NCBI RefSeq assembly: GCF_001194135.2
Contig: NC_068981.1
Coordinates: 55,299,632-55,363,631 of the forward strand
DNA length: 64,000 nt
Reading direction: 5' to 3'
Source of the DNA: Octopus bimaculoides
Lineage: Eukaryota
This document shows positions 1-11,463 of the stretch, one piece after another. Under the pieces are notes generated by a model that saw only the letters and a program-made list of their open reading frames with translations, made no database searches and was not told the origin of the DNA. The position numbers were made by a program, and so were the translations under genes. The first letter of the stretch is position 1. Each line of letters begins with the position of its first letter.

Positions 1-1647
1 GTACTCAAATGTTCAGTTACATCACCCACACTCTTCCACTTGTGCATTCATGACTACTTCATTGTCACCTCTAATAATGCTTACACATATAAAGATGATA
101 CTACCTCACTTCACCTCTCAATTTTCTGCATATGGATATCATCGTTATAAAATTTAAGCACCTCACATCAAAAGAACAGTCCTCAAAACAACTCTTTAAT
201 GGGAACATAACAACCCTGTCTAAATGGACATAGCATTATACCTTCAAAAAAGAAAGAAAAAAAAAGAAATCTTTGTCTACTTGAACCGCTCTGGTCTTGG
301 AGAATATACAATGAAAATGCTTGAAGCCTCCACAAAAACTAGATAACACAATCTCTGATGATTTTGCCTGGTGTTCTCATATTTATAACCATGAAAACTG
401 CATCATAAAGGCTAGCTATTATCTTGAGAGCCAGAAAATACTTCAGGTTCAAACAATTGCTCTCCAAAGTTTAGATGAAAATCACAATGGAATATCACTC
501 TCACATCTGGGGTAGTAGTGTAGCTAGATACATACATCTTAGATCACAACCAAAAGAAGCCATACAGCTGACTGACAATTTGTTTCCTATAATTTCTATC
601 CCACAGTTGTACAATCTCCCCTCTCTCACTATTCCAACCCTACTACAATGACTTCTGCTCCCCACATTCATCTAATTACATACTTGTTCCTCCCAAAACC
701 ACCTGATACACTCCTGTCATTAACCATCCCTATCCCACCCCAAGTGAAACTATAAGCAATATAAATAACAAAGATAGTAGTTATTAGCAGCAACAGTGTT
801 GATTACCAAGTTATCATGGAGTGCAAGTATAAATATTCTACAAAATTAGTAGAGATCTTCTTGGCAAAAGACCAGAAGGTCTCATTGTAATTTGAAAGGT
901 GAAAGAATTTGCAGGCTGTACAATGCCCAAAGACATCCTATTTGTGATGGTCACCTTATAGGTGCTCTGATTATGGATGTACACTTCCCGTTAGTGATGG
1001 CTGATGACTTCTTCTAGGTGTTGTAGGTCTTCCCCTCTACAACGTCAGAACAAATCTGCAACCCACATAGGAATTTAGAGTTTTAACTTTTGATTGTGAC
1101 AAGATTTTATACATAGGAATACTTTGCTATCCCAGTTAGATTACAAATGAAGTATATTTCCTGTATAGGAAATACTTGGAAACAGGTGAGGGTTGATGGT
1201 TGGAGAGCATCCAGCTGTAGAAAATTTGCCACAATAAATACCATCCAACCCAAATATTGTTCACATGGAAAAGTGAACTTCAAAATGAAGATAGTGATGA
1301 TGATGATGAGGAAGAGAACAATCAATATAATTCCACCCAGTTAGATGATGTGAAACATCAGGTTCTACAAACATGGTTAGAATTATATATAACAAACTGT
1401 GTCAGGTAGATTGAATTTAAGCAATGAAGGTGGCAAAGTCAGTGACAGCAGTAAACAAGATTTGGGTTTAAAGATGAAGATATTCAAAGTCAATACAAGC
1501 ATCAGACATGTAGTAAAATGGAACATAAGAGTAAATCAAGTCATGAAATATGAATGAAAAACCATAACCAAATAGTTATCAATTCCAACAAATATCAATT
1601 GATATGTAACCTAATAACTACCCACAATATAATTATTCTGTTTATGT

Positions 1648-2020
1648 TTTACTTGTTTCAGTCATTGAACTGCAGTGATGCTAGAGTACCACCTTCAACA
1701 GATTTGTCAAACAGATCAGCCCCGTTACTTATTTTTATAAGTTTGGGACTTTTTCTATCAGTCTCTTTTTGCTGAACTGTTAAGTTATAGGGGTTTAAAC
1801 AAACCAAACCACTTGGCAAATGGTGAGATGGATAAACACAAACACACATACATATACACATGAAAGGCTTCCACACAGTTTCCATACATCAAATTTATTC
1901 ACAGGACATTGGTCAGCCTAAGTCTATAGTAGAAAACACTTGCCCAAGGTTCCACATGGTGGGACTGAACCTGAAACTACATTGATGCAAAGCTAGCTTC
2001 TTAACCACACAGCCATGTCT
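1648..2020 (-). mobile_element. tRNA-derived SINE, family A (decayed)
   Basis: A/B-box-like head (GGCTGTGTGG..GGTTCAGTCCC), AGTGTTTTCTACTATAG body, central microsatellite, GACTGAAACAAGTAAAA tail. Confidence 0.8.
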
Positions 2021-3698
2021 GTGCATCTGAAGTCATGCCTATCAGTATCTATATAAATATGTCTATATAAATATAGCATAAAAATAGCATACATTTGAGT
2101 GATGTAACAATGAACAGAAATAGATAATGAATCACAAAATATTTGATATTGTAAGGTAAAACAGCATGTTACAGAAATAATCAAAGATTGTCTACAAAAC
2201 TACTGAATTAGTAGCACAAATGAAGGCAGGAGCTTATAATACACTAATTGAAATACAACACAGTTATAAAGTGCATAGTGAGAGAAGTGAGTTAAAAATG
2301 AAACTCGGCATGTAAGAGTAAACATAGAGAATTTAATGATAGCCAAATTACACATGCACAGCAAAAGAAAGACAGAAAATCAAAAAAACATTCACCTACA
2401 CAAAACAGAACTCTGTATTTGTTAGTATATGTGTGTGTGCATTTGTTGGATATGTGGGTGTTTGTGTGTGCAAGTGTACACACACACACACACTATAAAT
2501 AAGACAGATAAGAATATCTCTTTGACTTCATAACCAAAATTACTTAAAATGTTCTATAAATTGACGATGGCAATGGTGATGACTTTCAAGCTATTAAAGA
2601 TAAGTCTGTCTAATCACACATAGCAATATTCTGAATGTACACAGAATTAATGTACAAAATGCTAATTGTGATATACAACATAGCAATTGTTTATATGGAC
2701 GAGAGTTTATTTGTGTATTGAAATAGACTGCAAACAGTCATTGTGGAATAGGAGTAAAAAGGTTAAAACAACACATTTTAAAATTCTATTTCAAATATAT
2801 ACTTGTTCTTCATTTCAGTTCTGATTAAAGTTAAGACACAAATGTAAGCAACGAAAAGAGGAATCCTTTGCATTATGGGTGTGATGCATTCTTGAAAATC
2901 TCAGCGTTTTGTGAAGTCCCAAAACACAAAATCAAATTTCCTACAGAGTTCCTTGTTATAAATTCAAATGCATTTTGACCGATTTTTTTTTTTTCTTTTG
3001 AAGAAAGAAAAACATGAACAACAATAAAAACAAACACATAAAAATAACAGTTTGAGAGCTGGTGTTAGGAAGGGCATCCAGCCATAGAACCCTTGCCAAA
3101 ACAGACAAATGGAGCCCAGGCAGCTCTCCAGCTGGTCAACTCCTGTCAAACCATCCAACCCATGCCAACATGAAGAACGGGTATTAAAAGATGATAATAA
3201 TATAACACAGTATAATATGTACACACAGTTTCTTTTATTTATACTTGACATCACCCTGCCATTACACCTGCTCGCTTCAATTCTCCTTCAAATACAAGAG
3301 CCACTTTAAGCCCTTCATCTTGCAAATTGAAAGATGATCACACTAGTGCTGGTGCCATGAAAAAAAGTATCTACAGTACAATCTGTAAAGTGGTTAGCAT
3401 TAGGAAGGGCAGCAAGCTGTAAAAATCATGCTGGAGCAGGATGCAGTCATCCAACTTGTCAAATTCTTGAAACAACCAACCCATGACAAGCATGGAAGAT
3501 GGACATTAAATGATGGTGGTGGTGATGATAATAACAATGATGATGACGATAATAACAATGATGATGATGACTTAAATGACATTAGACTGCATAGAAATCA
3601 ATTATCTTTGATGAAGAAACATTATTTTACGCCTTAGTAATATAGGGCCTCCATAGGTGAAGACTAACCATGCATCTGCCAGTGTTAGCAAATTATTG

Positions 3699-4269
3699 GG
3701 ATCTTTTTTAAAACGGGGGCCACATTTTTCATTAATGTTTTACGTAGTGTTTTTGGTACCGAAAGACTTTCAAACTTCGTATACTTATCTATTTTGTGTT
3801 ATAGAACAGAAAAATATTTTTGTATTCGAATTTATTTCATGTAAAAAATTGTCTTATTTCAATAATTTCAACCAATCACTGACGTCCACTCAGCCGATAT
3901 ACATTAAGTGCCGACTACATAAACAAACGATTCTTCGTTTTATTTGCTTTTTTCATTTTAAATTTGCTTTAACCCTAACCCTAACCCTAACCCTAGGGTT
4001 AGGGTTAGAGTTACGGTTAGGGTTAGGGTTAATTGTTTTAGAATCGTTTGTTTATGTAGTCGGCACTTAATGTATATCGGCTGAATGGACGTCAGTGATT
4101 GGTTGAAATTACAGAAATACGACAACTTTAACATGGAATAATTTATGGATTTCTTTTTTTTTAAGAAGACTAAGAGAAAAAGATGTTTTATATGACACAT
4201 TCTACCAGTGTTCCAAGTTTCAAAGTGTTTCGTTAATGAAAAATGTGGCCCCCGTTTTAAAAAAGATCC
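3699..4269. mobile_element. Non-autonomous DNA transposon (MITE) with a central telomeric palindrome; hAT- or Merlin-like by TSD
   Basis: Perfect 37 bp TIRs (3699-3735 / 4233-4269) starting GGATC; 8 bp TSD AATTATTG (3691-3698, 4270-4277); inner 72 bp inverted repeat (3863-3934 / 4040-4111) with 1 mismatch; CpGs retained, so young. Confidence 0.9.
3970..4032. repeat. Head-to-head interstitial telomeric repeats: (TAACCC)4 then ~(TAGGGT)6
   Basis: taaccctaaccctaaccctaaccc|tagggttagggttagagttacggttagggttagggttaa read directly. Confidence 0.97.
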
Positions 4270-4791
4270 AATTATTGTAAATAATGTCACATTACCTAAG
4301 ACTGGCTCTTCGGATCTACTTGACAAAAAAATCCAGATTTATAAATACCTTGAAATTTGGAAGGTTAATGCTCACTGGGAATACATTACAATCATAACAG
4401 TTACTCAGAGACTACTGACTTTTTTGTTCTTTGGATAATTTAATTAAATAGTTATACACTCAGTAACTTTGCTAAAATTAATTGCAGAAATTTCCATGTT
4501 AATTATACACAGATGGGTTTGCTTGCAGCACATGTAAATTTTTTTCATAGAATTAAAAGAGTTTTTGAGATACTTTGAAATTAACTTATAACAGAATACT
4601 ATTCCATTTTAGAGAACTATCCTAAATATCATTATCATCATCATCATCATTATTATTATTATTATTTAATGTCCACCTTTCCATGCTGGACAGGTTTTTC
4701 TGACCCATTTTAGTTACTTCTTATGACACACAATCCACATTATTCAAGAATATCAACCACAGAGTAGTAAAAAAACTTAAAATCCACTCAC

Positions 4792-4980
4792 CTGATCTCG
4801 AAGCCGCACAGCAGCTCTATAAAAGACTGTGTCCTTAGCATTATATGTTAAGCAATTCTTTATCATAAGTTCAAAGTCTGCTTGAAATTCATCAATGGTT
4901 TTGTAAATGTGGCCATCGACTTTCTTCCTAATTGTCGAGAAATCCATGGGGTGTTCAATGTATTCCAAGTAGTCTGGGAC
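4792..4980 (-). CDS. BRPF1: BRPF1 coding exon 6 (189 nt): bromodomain ZA loop to helix C
   Basis: Acceptor ttttttag|GTC; [63 protein letters not shown], with the acetyl-lysine Asn (YNAK) and Phe gatekeeper (VFY); donor CAG|GTGAGT. Confidence 0.96.
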
Positions 4981-5090
4981 CTAAAAAATGTTCAAGTACA
5001 AATTATTTTGAATATATTAATACTCAGGTGAATTATAGCATAAAAATAATCAAAAAATGCTTTGTGTGAGTGTGTGTGTATGTATATATA

Positions 5091-5432
5091 TTCTTTTATT
5101 TGTTTCAGTCATTTGACTGCAGCCATGCTGGAGTACCGCCTTCAAGGATTTTAGTCAAACAAATCGACTCAGGACTTATTTTTTCAAGCATAGTACTTAT
5201 TCTATCAGTCCCTTTTGCCAAACTGCTAAGTTACAGGGAGTAACCACACCAACACCGATTGTCAAATGGTGATAGAAGAACAAATACACACACACAACGG
5301 GCTTCTTTCAGTTTCCGTCTACCAAATCCACTCACAAGGCTTTGGTCAGCCTGAGACTATAGTAGAAGACACTTGCTTAAGGTGCCATGTGGTTGAGAAG
5401 CAAGCTTCATACCACACAGCCGCACCTGTGCC
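5091..5432 (-). mobile_element. tRNA-derived SINE, family A
   Basis: Same head, body and tail as the 55600-55985 copy. Confidence 0.85.
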
Positions 5433-5442
5433 TAGTGGTTAC

Positions 5443-5560
5443 ACACAGAAGTGGCTGTGTGGTACTTCTCAACCACATGGTCCCGGGTTCTGTCCCACGG
5501 CATGGTACCTTGGGCATGTGTCTTCTACTATAGCCCCAGGCCGCCCAAAGCCTTGTGAGT
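5443..5560 (+). mobile_element. tRNA-derived SINE family A, 5' part
   Basis: GTGGCTGTGTGG..GGTTCTGTCCC..GTGTCTTCTACTATAGCCCC..AAAGCCTTGTGAGT. Confidence 0.85.
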
Positions 5561-5691
5561 AAGGGATAATAGTATCCATATTTACTATCGGTATGAATTA
5601 CTTGTGCTATCCCTGGGTATATGTATGCAAGCACACTATGCTATTAAGGTACAGGTAACAACAGAATAAACAAAAGTTTATCAGGAATCAT

Positions 5692-6633
5692 ATTTAAATA
5701 ATCAGAAAATGGAGAAAACTTCTGATCAACAAACAAACAAATTGAATCACATCAGTTGATTATTTTTTAATACAAAGCCTGACATAACATTTCTTATGGC
5801 TGTTTCTGCTTCCAGTATTATTTGGTGCTTATAAAAGAAATTCCGGAAATAATATTCATCATCTTCATAGCACATTCGATCTAGTACATGGAGCTTCATC
5901 AGAGTGAATACAAGAGCTTAAAAAAAATTAAATGAAAGGAAGAGGAAATAGGAAAGAACAGGGCCTCAAGAAGAGGCCAGAATCATACCATCTTGCAGAA
6001 TGGAGCTTGAAGTAGATGGGCAAAAGAGTGAACTAGTAGTGGCCTAGGGAAATATTTACGGGTATTTGGGTTATTTCTATATAAAGGGGGGAACCAGGGT
6101 GTTTGAATAATAGTGAAATGAAGTTAGTACTAAAATAAGAAGAATTACCAATGTCTAGAAAATATTGGTAATTCTTGTTTCATTTTAGTACTAACTTCAT
6201 TTCACTACTATTCAAACACCCTGGTTCAACCTTTATATAGAAATAATCCATAAATATTTCCCTAGGCCACTGCTAGTTCACTCTTTTGCCTATCGACTTC
6301 AAGCTCCATTCTGCAAGATGGTATGATTTTAATATATTGAGCCTTCAGGCCTCTTCTCGAGGCCCTTTCTTTCCTGTTCCCTCTTCCCTTAATTTATTTT
6401 ATTTTACGCTTTTATATTCATTCTGATGAAGCTCCATGTACTACATCGAATGTGCTATGAAGATGACAAATATTATTTCTGGAATTTCTTTTGTAAGCAC
6501 CGACTAATAATGGAAGCAGAAACGGCCGTAAGAAATGTTATGTCATGCCTTTTATTAAAAAATAATCAACCGATGTGGTTCAATTTGTTTGTTTGTTGAT
6601 CAAAAATTTTCTCCATTCTCTGATTATTTAAAT
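5692..6633. repeat. ~940 bp imperfect palindrome (arms ~460 bp, 11 nt spacer) with a hammerhead-like motif per arm; probably Penelope-like
   Basis: 5692-6152 is the reverse complement of 6164-6633, with scattered substitutions and indels. The right arm has CTGATGA (6423) ... GAAACGGCCGTA (6519-6530). Confidence 0.9.
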
Positions 6634-6647
6634 TTATATATATATAT

Positions 6648-6851
6648 TTGTGTGTCTATGTTTGTCCCCCACCATTGTTTGACAATTGATGTTGGTGTTT
6701 TAAACCCCCATAACTTAGAAGTTTGGCAAAAGAGGCCGATAGAATAAGTACTAAGCTTACAAAGAATATGTCCTGCAGTTGATTTGTTCGAATAAAGGTG
6801 GTGCTCCAGCATGGCCACAGTCAAATGACTGAAGCGAGTAAAAGAATATGT
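6648..6851 (+). mobile_element. SINE family A, 3' half
   Basis: GTTTGTCCCCCACC..GATAGAATAAGTACTA..GGTGCTCCAGCATGGCC..GACTGAAGCGAGTAAAAGAA. Confidence 0.8.
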
Positions 6852-6853
6852 GT

Positions 6854-6892
<39 letters not shown>

Positions 6893-7271
6893 ATTTGTTA
6901 ATGTGTCATTGTACTATAAAGATATGAATATATGCATAAACAAAATTATAGTCATGTGATTGAAATTTATTTTGAGAAACATATTTATATAATTTAAGTC
7001 ATCTAAAATATATATGCAACAGCAAATAACCTACAACAACCAACTTTAAATATTAATGGCTAAAAAAATTATTTCACAATATTAGATATTAGTAGGATTA
7101 GTATTAATACAATCATATCTGAATTTATGACTGATATATTTTTTATCATACTCCTCTAGGAAAATCTAAGTTTTAAAAAACACATTACTTTACAGATGAT
7201 GGTAATAAAGAAATGGAAAAGAATAGATTATTTGAAAGAAATTTCAATTTAAGTGACTTGACAACACTAAC

Positions 7272-7400
7272 CTCATTTGGAGATACAGGCTCAGCAAAAA
7301 TGTTTCCCACATCTTTCTCTTGAATTTGATCTAGTGCATGTCTTAAGAAAATAACAAAAGGCTGCAACTGCATTTCTGTGGCTAATTGATGTACTCTTAT
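7272..7400 (-). CDS. BRPF1: BRPF1 coding exon 5 (129 nt): bromodomain helix Z and start of ZA loop
   Basis: Acceptor tttccag|ATA; [43 protein letters not shown]; donor GAG|GTTAGT. Confidence 0.95.
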
Positions 7401-7658
7401 CTGGAAAGGAAAATATCTAAGGTGAAGCACCAGGTATGCTTTGTTTCAAATAATCATGCAACAAAAGAAAACAATAAAATAAAAGGCATGAAAATGTACT
7501 ATAACTAACAAAACACAGCTACATTATAAAAATGGTTAAAAGATAATAAAGAATTATTTTCAAATAGTCTGTATGCATAATCTAGCGCACAGATTTTGAT
7601 TAAAAATTCCACATTTCTATTTTAATCATGTATATTCTAAATATATCCCCTCTTATTT

Positions 7659-9170
7659 ATCATAGTCCTCCAGGCAATCACAGAGGAGTTCAAGACAGGT
7701 TGCCCCTGGGAGCTCCTCTATGCTGATGACCTTGCCCTAATTGCGGAGTCACTATCAGAACTAGAGGAGAAGTTTCAGGTGTGGAAGCAAGGTCTAGAAT
7801 TGAAGGGCCTTAGAGTCAACCCAGCTAAAACCAAAATCCTAATAAGTAGGAAGGTAGATAAAACACAAACCCCTTCAGGCAGATGGCCCTGCTCAGTATG
7901 TAGAAAAGGAGTAGGTAGTAACTCTATAAGATGTACCCGGTGCAAGCTATGGACACATAAGNNNNNNNNNNNNNNNNNNNNNNNNNNNNNNNNNNNNNNN
8001 NNNNNNNNNNNNNNNNNNNNNNNNNNNNNNNNNNNNNNNNNNNNNNNNNNNNNNNNNNNNNNNNNNNNNNNNNNNNNNNNNNNNNNNNNNNNNNNNNNNN
8101 NNNNNNNNNNNNNNNNNNNNNNNNNNNNNNNNNNNNNNNNNNNNNNNNNNNNNNNNNNNNNNNNNNNNNNNNNNNNNNNNNNNNNNNNNNNNNNNNNNNN
8201 NNNNNNNNNNNNNNNNNNNNNNNNNNNNNNNNNNNNNNNNNNNNNNNNNNNNNNNNNNNNNNNNNNNNNNNNNNNNNNNNNNNNNNNNNNNNNNNNNNNN
8301 NNNNNNNNNNNNNNNNNNNNNNNNNNNNNNNNNNNNNNNNNNNNNNNNNNNNNNNNNNNNNNNNNNNNNNNNNNNNNNNNNNNNNNNNNNNNNNNNNNNN
8401 NNNNNNNNNNNNNNNNNNNNNNNNNNNNNNNNNNNNNNNNNNNNNNNNNNNNNNNNNNNNNNNNNNNNNNNNNNNNNNNNNNNNNNNNNNNNNNNNNNNN
8501 NNNNNNNNNNNNNNNNNNNNNNNNNNNNNNNNNNNNNNNNNNNNNNNNNNNNNNNNNNNNNNNNNNNNNNNNNNNNNNNNNNNNNNNNNNNNNNNNNNNN
8601 NNNNNNNNNNNNNNNNNNNNNNNNNNNNNNNNNNNNNNNNNNNNNNNNNNNNNNNNNNNNNNNNNNNNNNNNNNNNNNNNNNNNNNNNNNNNNNNNNNNN
8701 NNNNNNNNNNNNNNNNNNNNNNNNNNNNNNNNNNNNNNNNNNNNNNNNNNNNNNNNNNNNNNNNNNNNNNNNNNNNNNNNNNNNNNNNNNNNNNNNNNNN
8801 NNNNNNNNNNNNNNNNNNNNNNNNNNNNNNNNNNNNNNNNNNNNNNTGAGCGTGGCTGTTGCCAGTACCGCCTGACTGGCTCCCGTAGGATTTTCGAGTG
8901 AGATCGTTGCCAGTGCCCCTGGACTGGCTTGTGCGGGTGGCACATAAAAGACACCATTTCAAGCCTGGCCGTTTTCGTGCGGGTGACACGTAAAAGCATC
9001 CACTACACTCTCTGAATGGTTGGCGTTAGGAAGGGCATCCAGCTGTAGAAACTCTGCCAAATTAGATTGGAGCCTGGTGTTGCCATCCGGTTTCACCAGT
9101 CCTCAGTCAAATCGTCCAACCCATGCTAGCATGGAAAGCGGACGTTAAACGATGATGATGATGATGATGA
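7659..9170 (+). mobile_element. Young 5'-truncated RTE-clade LINE (RT C-terminus, PHD-like finger, gap, repetitive 3' UTR, (GAT)n tail)
   Basis: Open frame IIVLQAITEEFKTGCPWELLYADDLALIAESLSELEEKFQVWKQGLELKGLRVN...WPCSVCRKGVGSNSIRCTRCKLWTHK. After the gap, the 3' UTR ends GGACGTTAAAC(GAT)n. Continuity across the gap is inferred. Confidence 0.88.
7962..8846. other. Assembly gap (N run)
   Basis: Ns; lies inside an RTE copy. Confidence 0.99.
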
Positions 9171-10595
9171 TACAAATAATACGACGACGACGCCGTCATC
9201 GTCATCATCATCATCGTTTAACGTCTGCCTTCCATGCTGGATGTTAAATAATGATGATGATAATAATGATTAAAACAGAAATGTGGAATTTTTGAAACAA
9301 AATCTATATATTTTAATAATTTACTTTTTTAATAATACAATATAAATATAATGATTTTATTCTATAAATATATTATTTTTTCTAATGCAAAAGAAATAAG
9401 CAATAGAGCTCTGATGAAGCAATAATAAATATTGAAACTAATCAGATCTCTTTTCCTGACCACACAGACAAAAATCTGTCAAACAAAAACATAATTTCTA
9501 CTTTTCATAATAAGCTTAAAAGTTTACTCAAAACATATACTCATAAGTTTACCTTACATTTCAGTCTGTTTTAAAATGATTCAACAAATCTTAAAATCTC
9601 ATAATTGTTCAAATTCTTCAATATTACCATCATAAGGTCATAAGGTTGTTTGCACTAATATTGACTAGCTCAACCGTAAAACAAGAGTGGTCCCTATTCT
9701 TAAAGATATACTTCTAGTCACAAAGTTTGCAACAAAATTGTTGAGAAATCATTTAGTTAGTTGACTTGTACCTCATTTTATCTTACAAGGGAAAGTAGAA
9801 CTCTCAACTATTGTTTGTTCTTGCCTGAACAAGTTCTTGAGGTGCACATTAAAACATGCAGTAAACAGTATTATTTAACTCGGTTTTCAATGATAGTTCA
9901 TAGTACTAAACAATTTAATAATGCTAAGTTTGATTTACAAAACAACCTACTTTTGATTTGGTTGGGGTTCTCTCCACAACCACTAACTTTATAAAAGATG
10001 TTATCTAAAGTTATAACTATTAGAAACACTAAACTAGGTTGAAAAGAATTTAATTAATCAACAAGTCTCAGTAAACAATAGTTGTAGGCTTCAGACTCTG
10101 CCAGCTACCCATGTATTTGAATGGTTTCTGAGCATTTTGACTATTTTAGTGCATTTAAATTAAATGTCGTCAAAGTATGTTTGTTATCCTGATGAATGTA
10201 AAATGGTATTATATTTAGTTTCAGTCTGTTAATAAAACCAAGTTTGATGGAGAAATGAAACAACTTCTAAAGTCAAACATATGATACACAAATATGCCCA
10301 GTAATCATGTATGTGTTGGAATTATATTGTCCTATCATAATTCACATACTCTTCATTGTTGCATATGCAGAGCCCTCCTACACATATTATTAAATAGGTA
10401 TTGCAACTTCAACAACAGCAACAAAACCTAAGTGCATAATCTTAACCTACTACAAACGTCAGCAAAACATTGTTAGTCCTTTACTAACATTATTAGTAAA
10501 GTAGAAAACACCTCTTAAGGAAACAATACAAAACCCTAATTAGTGAGCTATTTTTCAGATTGCAGTGCTTATGCAATGTACAATAAACACATCTA

Positions 10596-10787
10596 TGAGG
10601 GGGTGCTGAAAAGTACCTGGCTTTAACGGTATTGTAAAAGGCCTCATTTTACAGAACTCAGAAAAACTGAAGCACTGCTGCAATAAGTATGTGAATCTGA
10701 GAAGGGAATATAATGAATAAAATCATAATTAACTTATCTTCCTGTATTTTCATTTACCTAAAGCCAGGAACTTTTCAGCACCCCTCA
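10596..10787. mobile_element. Tc1/mariner-type MITE
   Basis: ~29 bp TIRs TGAGGGGGTGCTGAAAAGT(A/T)CCTGGCTTTA; TA dinucleotide on both sides. Confidence 0.85.
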
Positions 10788-11331
10788 TAAAATCTGCAAT
10801 AATGTACTACAAGAACCCATCTTCTCACTAAAAAATTTTAACCTTCATGACCTTTTCCACACTTCTACAAAACATACACAGCCTCTGTTCGTGAACAAAC
10901 AATATATTAAATTTATCATGAACCATGTCAATTATGTCTCGGCACACTCTCCTATTCCTTGAGAGCAATAAATGTTGAGAGAAAAACTAAAACCTGTGAG
11001 AGGAATATTTTCCTGAATTATGAAACAGTTATTTAGAACAAAGTGAGCTGAAAATACCAAATCACAGAATAAAAGATGCAATGGGTTGTCTATTAAAATG
11101 ACTTTCTGGTGCACATTCAGCAAGACTGCACCTTGCCAGATGAGATGCTTTCCAATACAAAAAAAATTCATTGTACTTTCCTACCAAACCCATCAGAATG
11201 GAGTATTGTAAATAACATTGTTTGCAGGACTAAAAAGAAAAATTTTCTTAAAAAGCTTAGAAAACTATCATCAGCTTCACATTTTACTTTTAAAGTCTTT
11301 TCTGAATTCTAGCAATAGAAAAATTCCAAAC

Positions 11332-11463
11332 CTGTTCTCTTTTCAGCTTTTCTCGTTTCCTAATGAGTTCCACCAGCAGACGAGCTTTTTCAAGATCCTG
11401 CCGAAGCCTCTGCCAATATTTCAGTTGTGCTCGTAAAGCATTGCTTTGCTTATCATTCTTTGT
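11332..11463 (-). CDS. BRPF1: BRPF1 coding exon 4 (132 nt)
   Basis: Acceptor gttgcag|ACA; [44 protein letters not shown]; donor CAG|GTTTGG. Confidence 0.95.

Noticed and set aside
3428-3637. ORF with poly-Asp/Asn; also the many MYVCV/HTHT-type ORFs
   Set aside because: These are translations of microsatellites and LINE tails.
3970-4032. Ancient chromosome end-to-end fusion site
   Set aside because: The array is only ~60 bp and sits at the axis of a TIR/TSD-bounded element inside an intron.
1-4791. Further BRPF1 exons (post-bromodomain, PWWP)
   Set aside because: No matching peptide or splice pair found on the minus strand. They presumably lie left of the window.
7775-8999. Long ORFs (339-404 aa) in the ORF track here and at 12461-13267
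   Set aside because: They run through N gaps. Only the RTE frame before 7961 is real.
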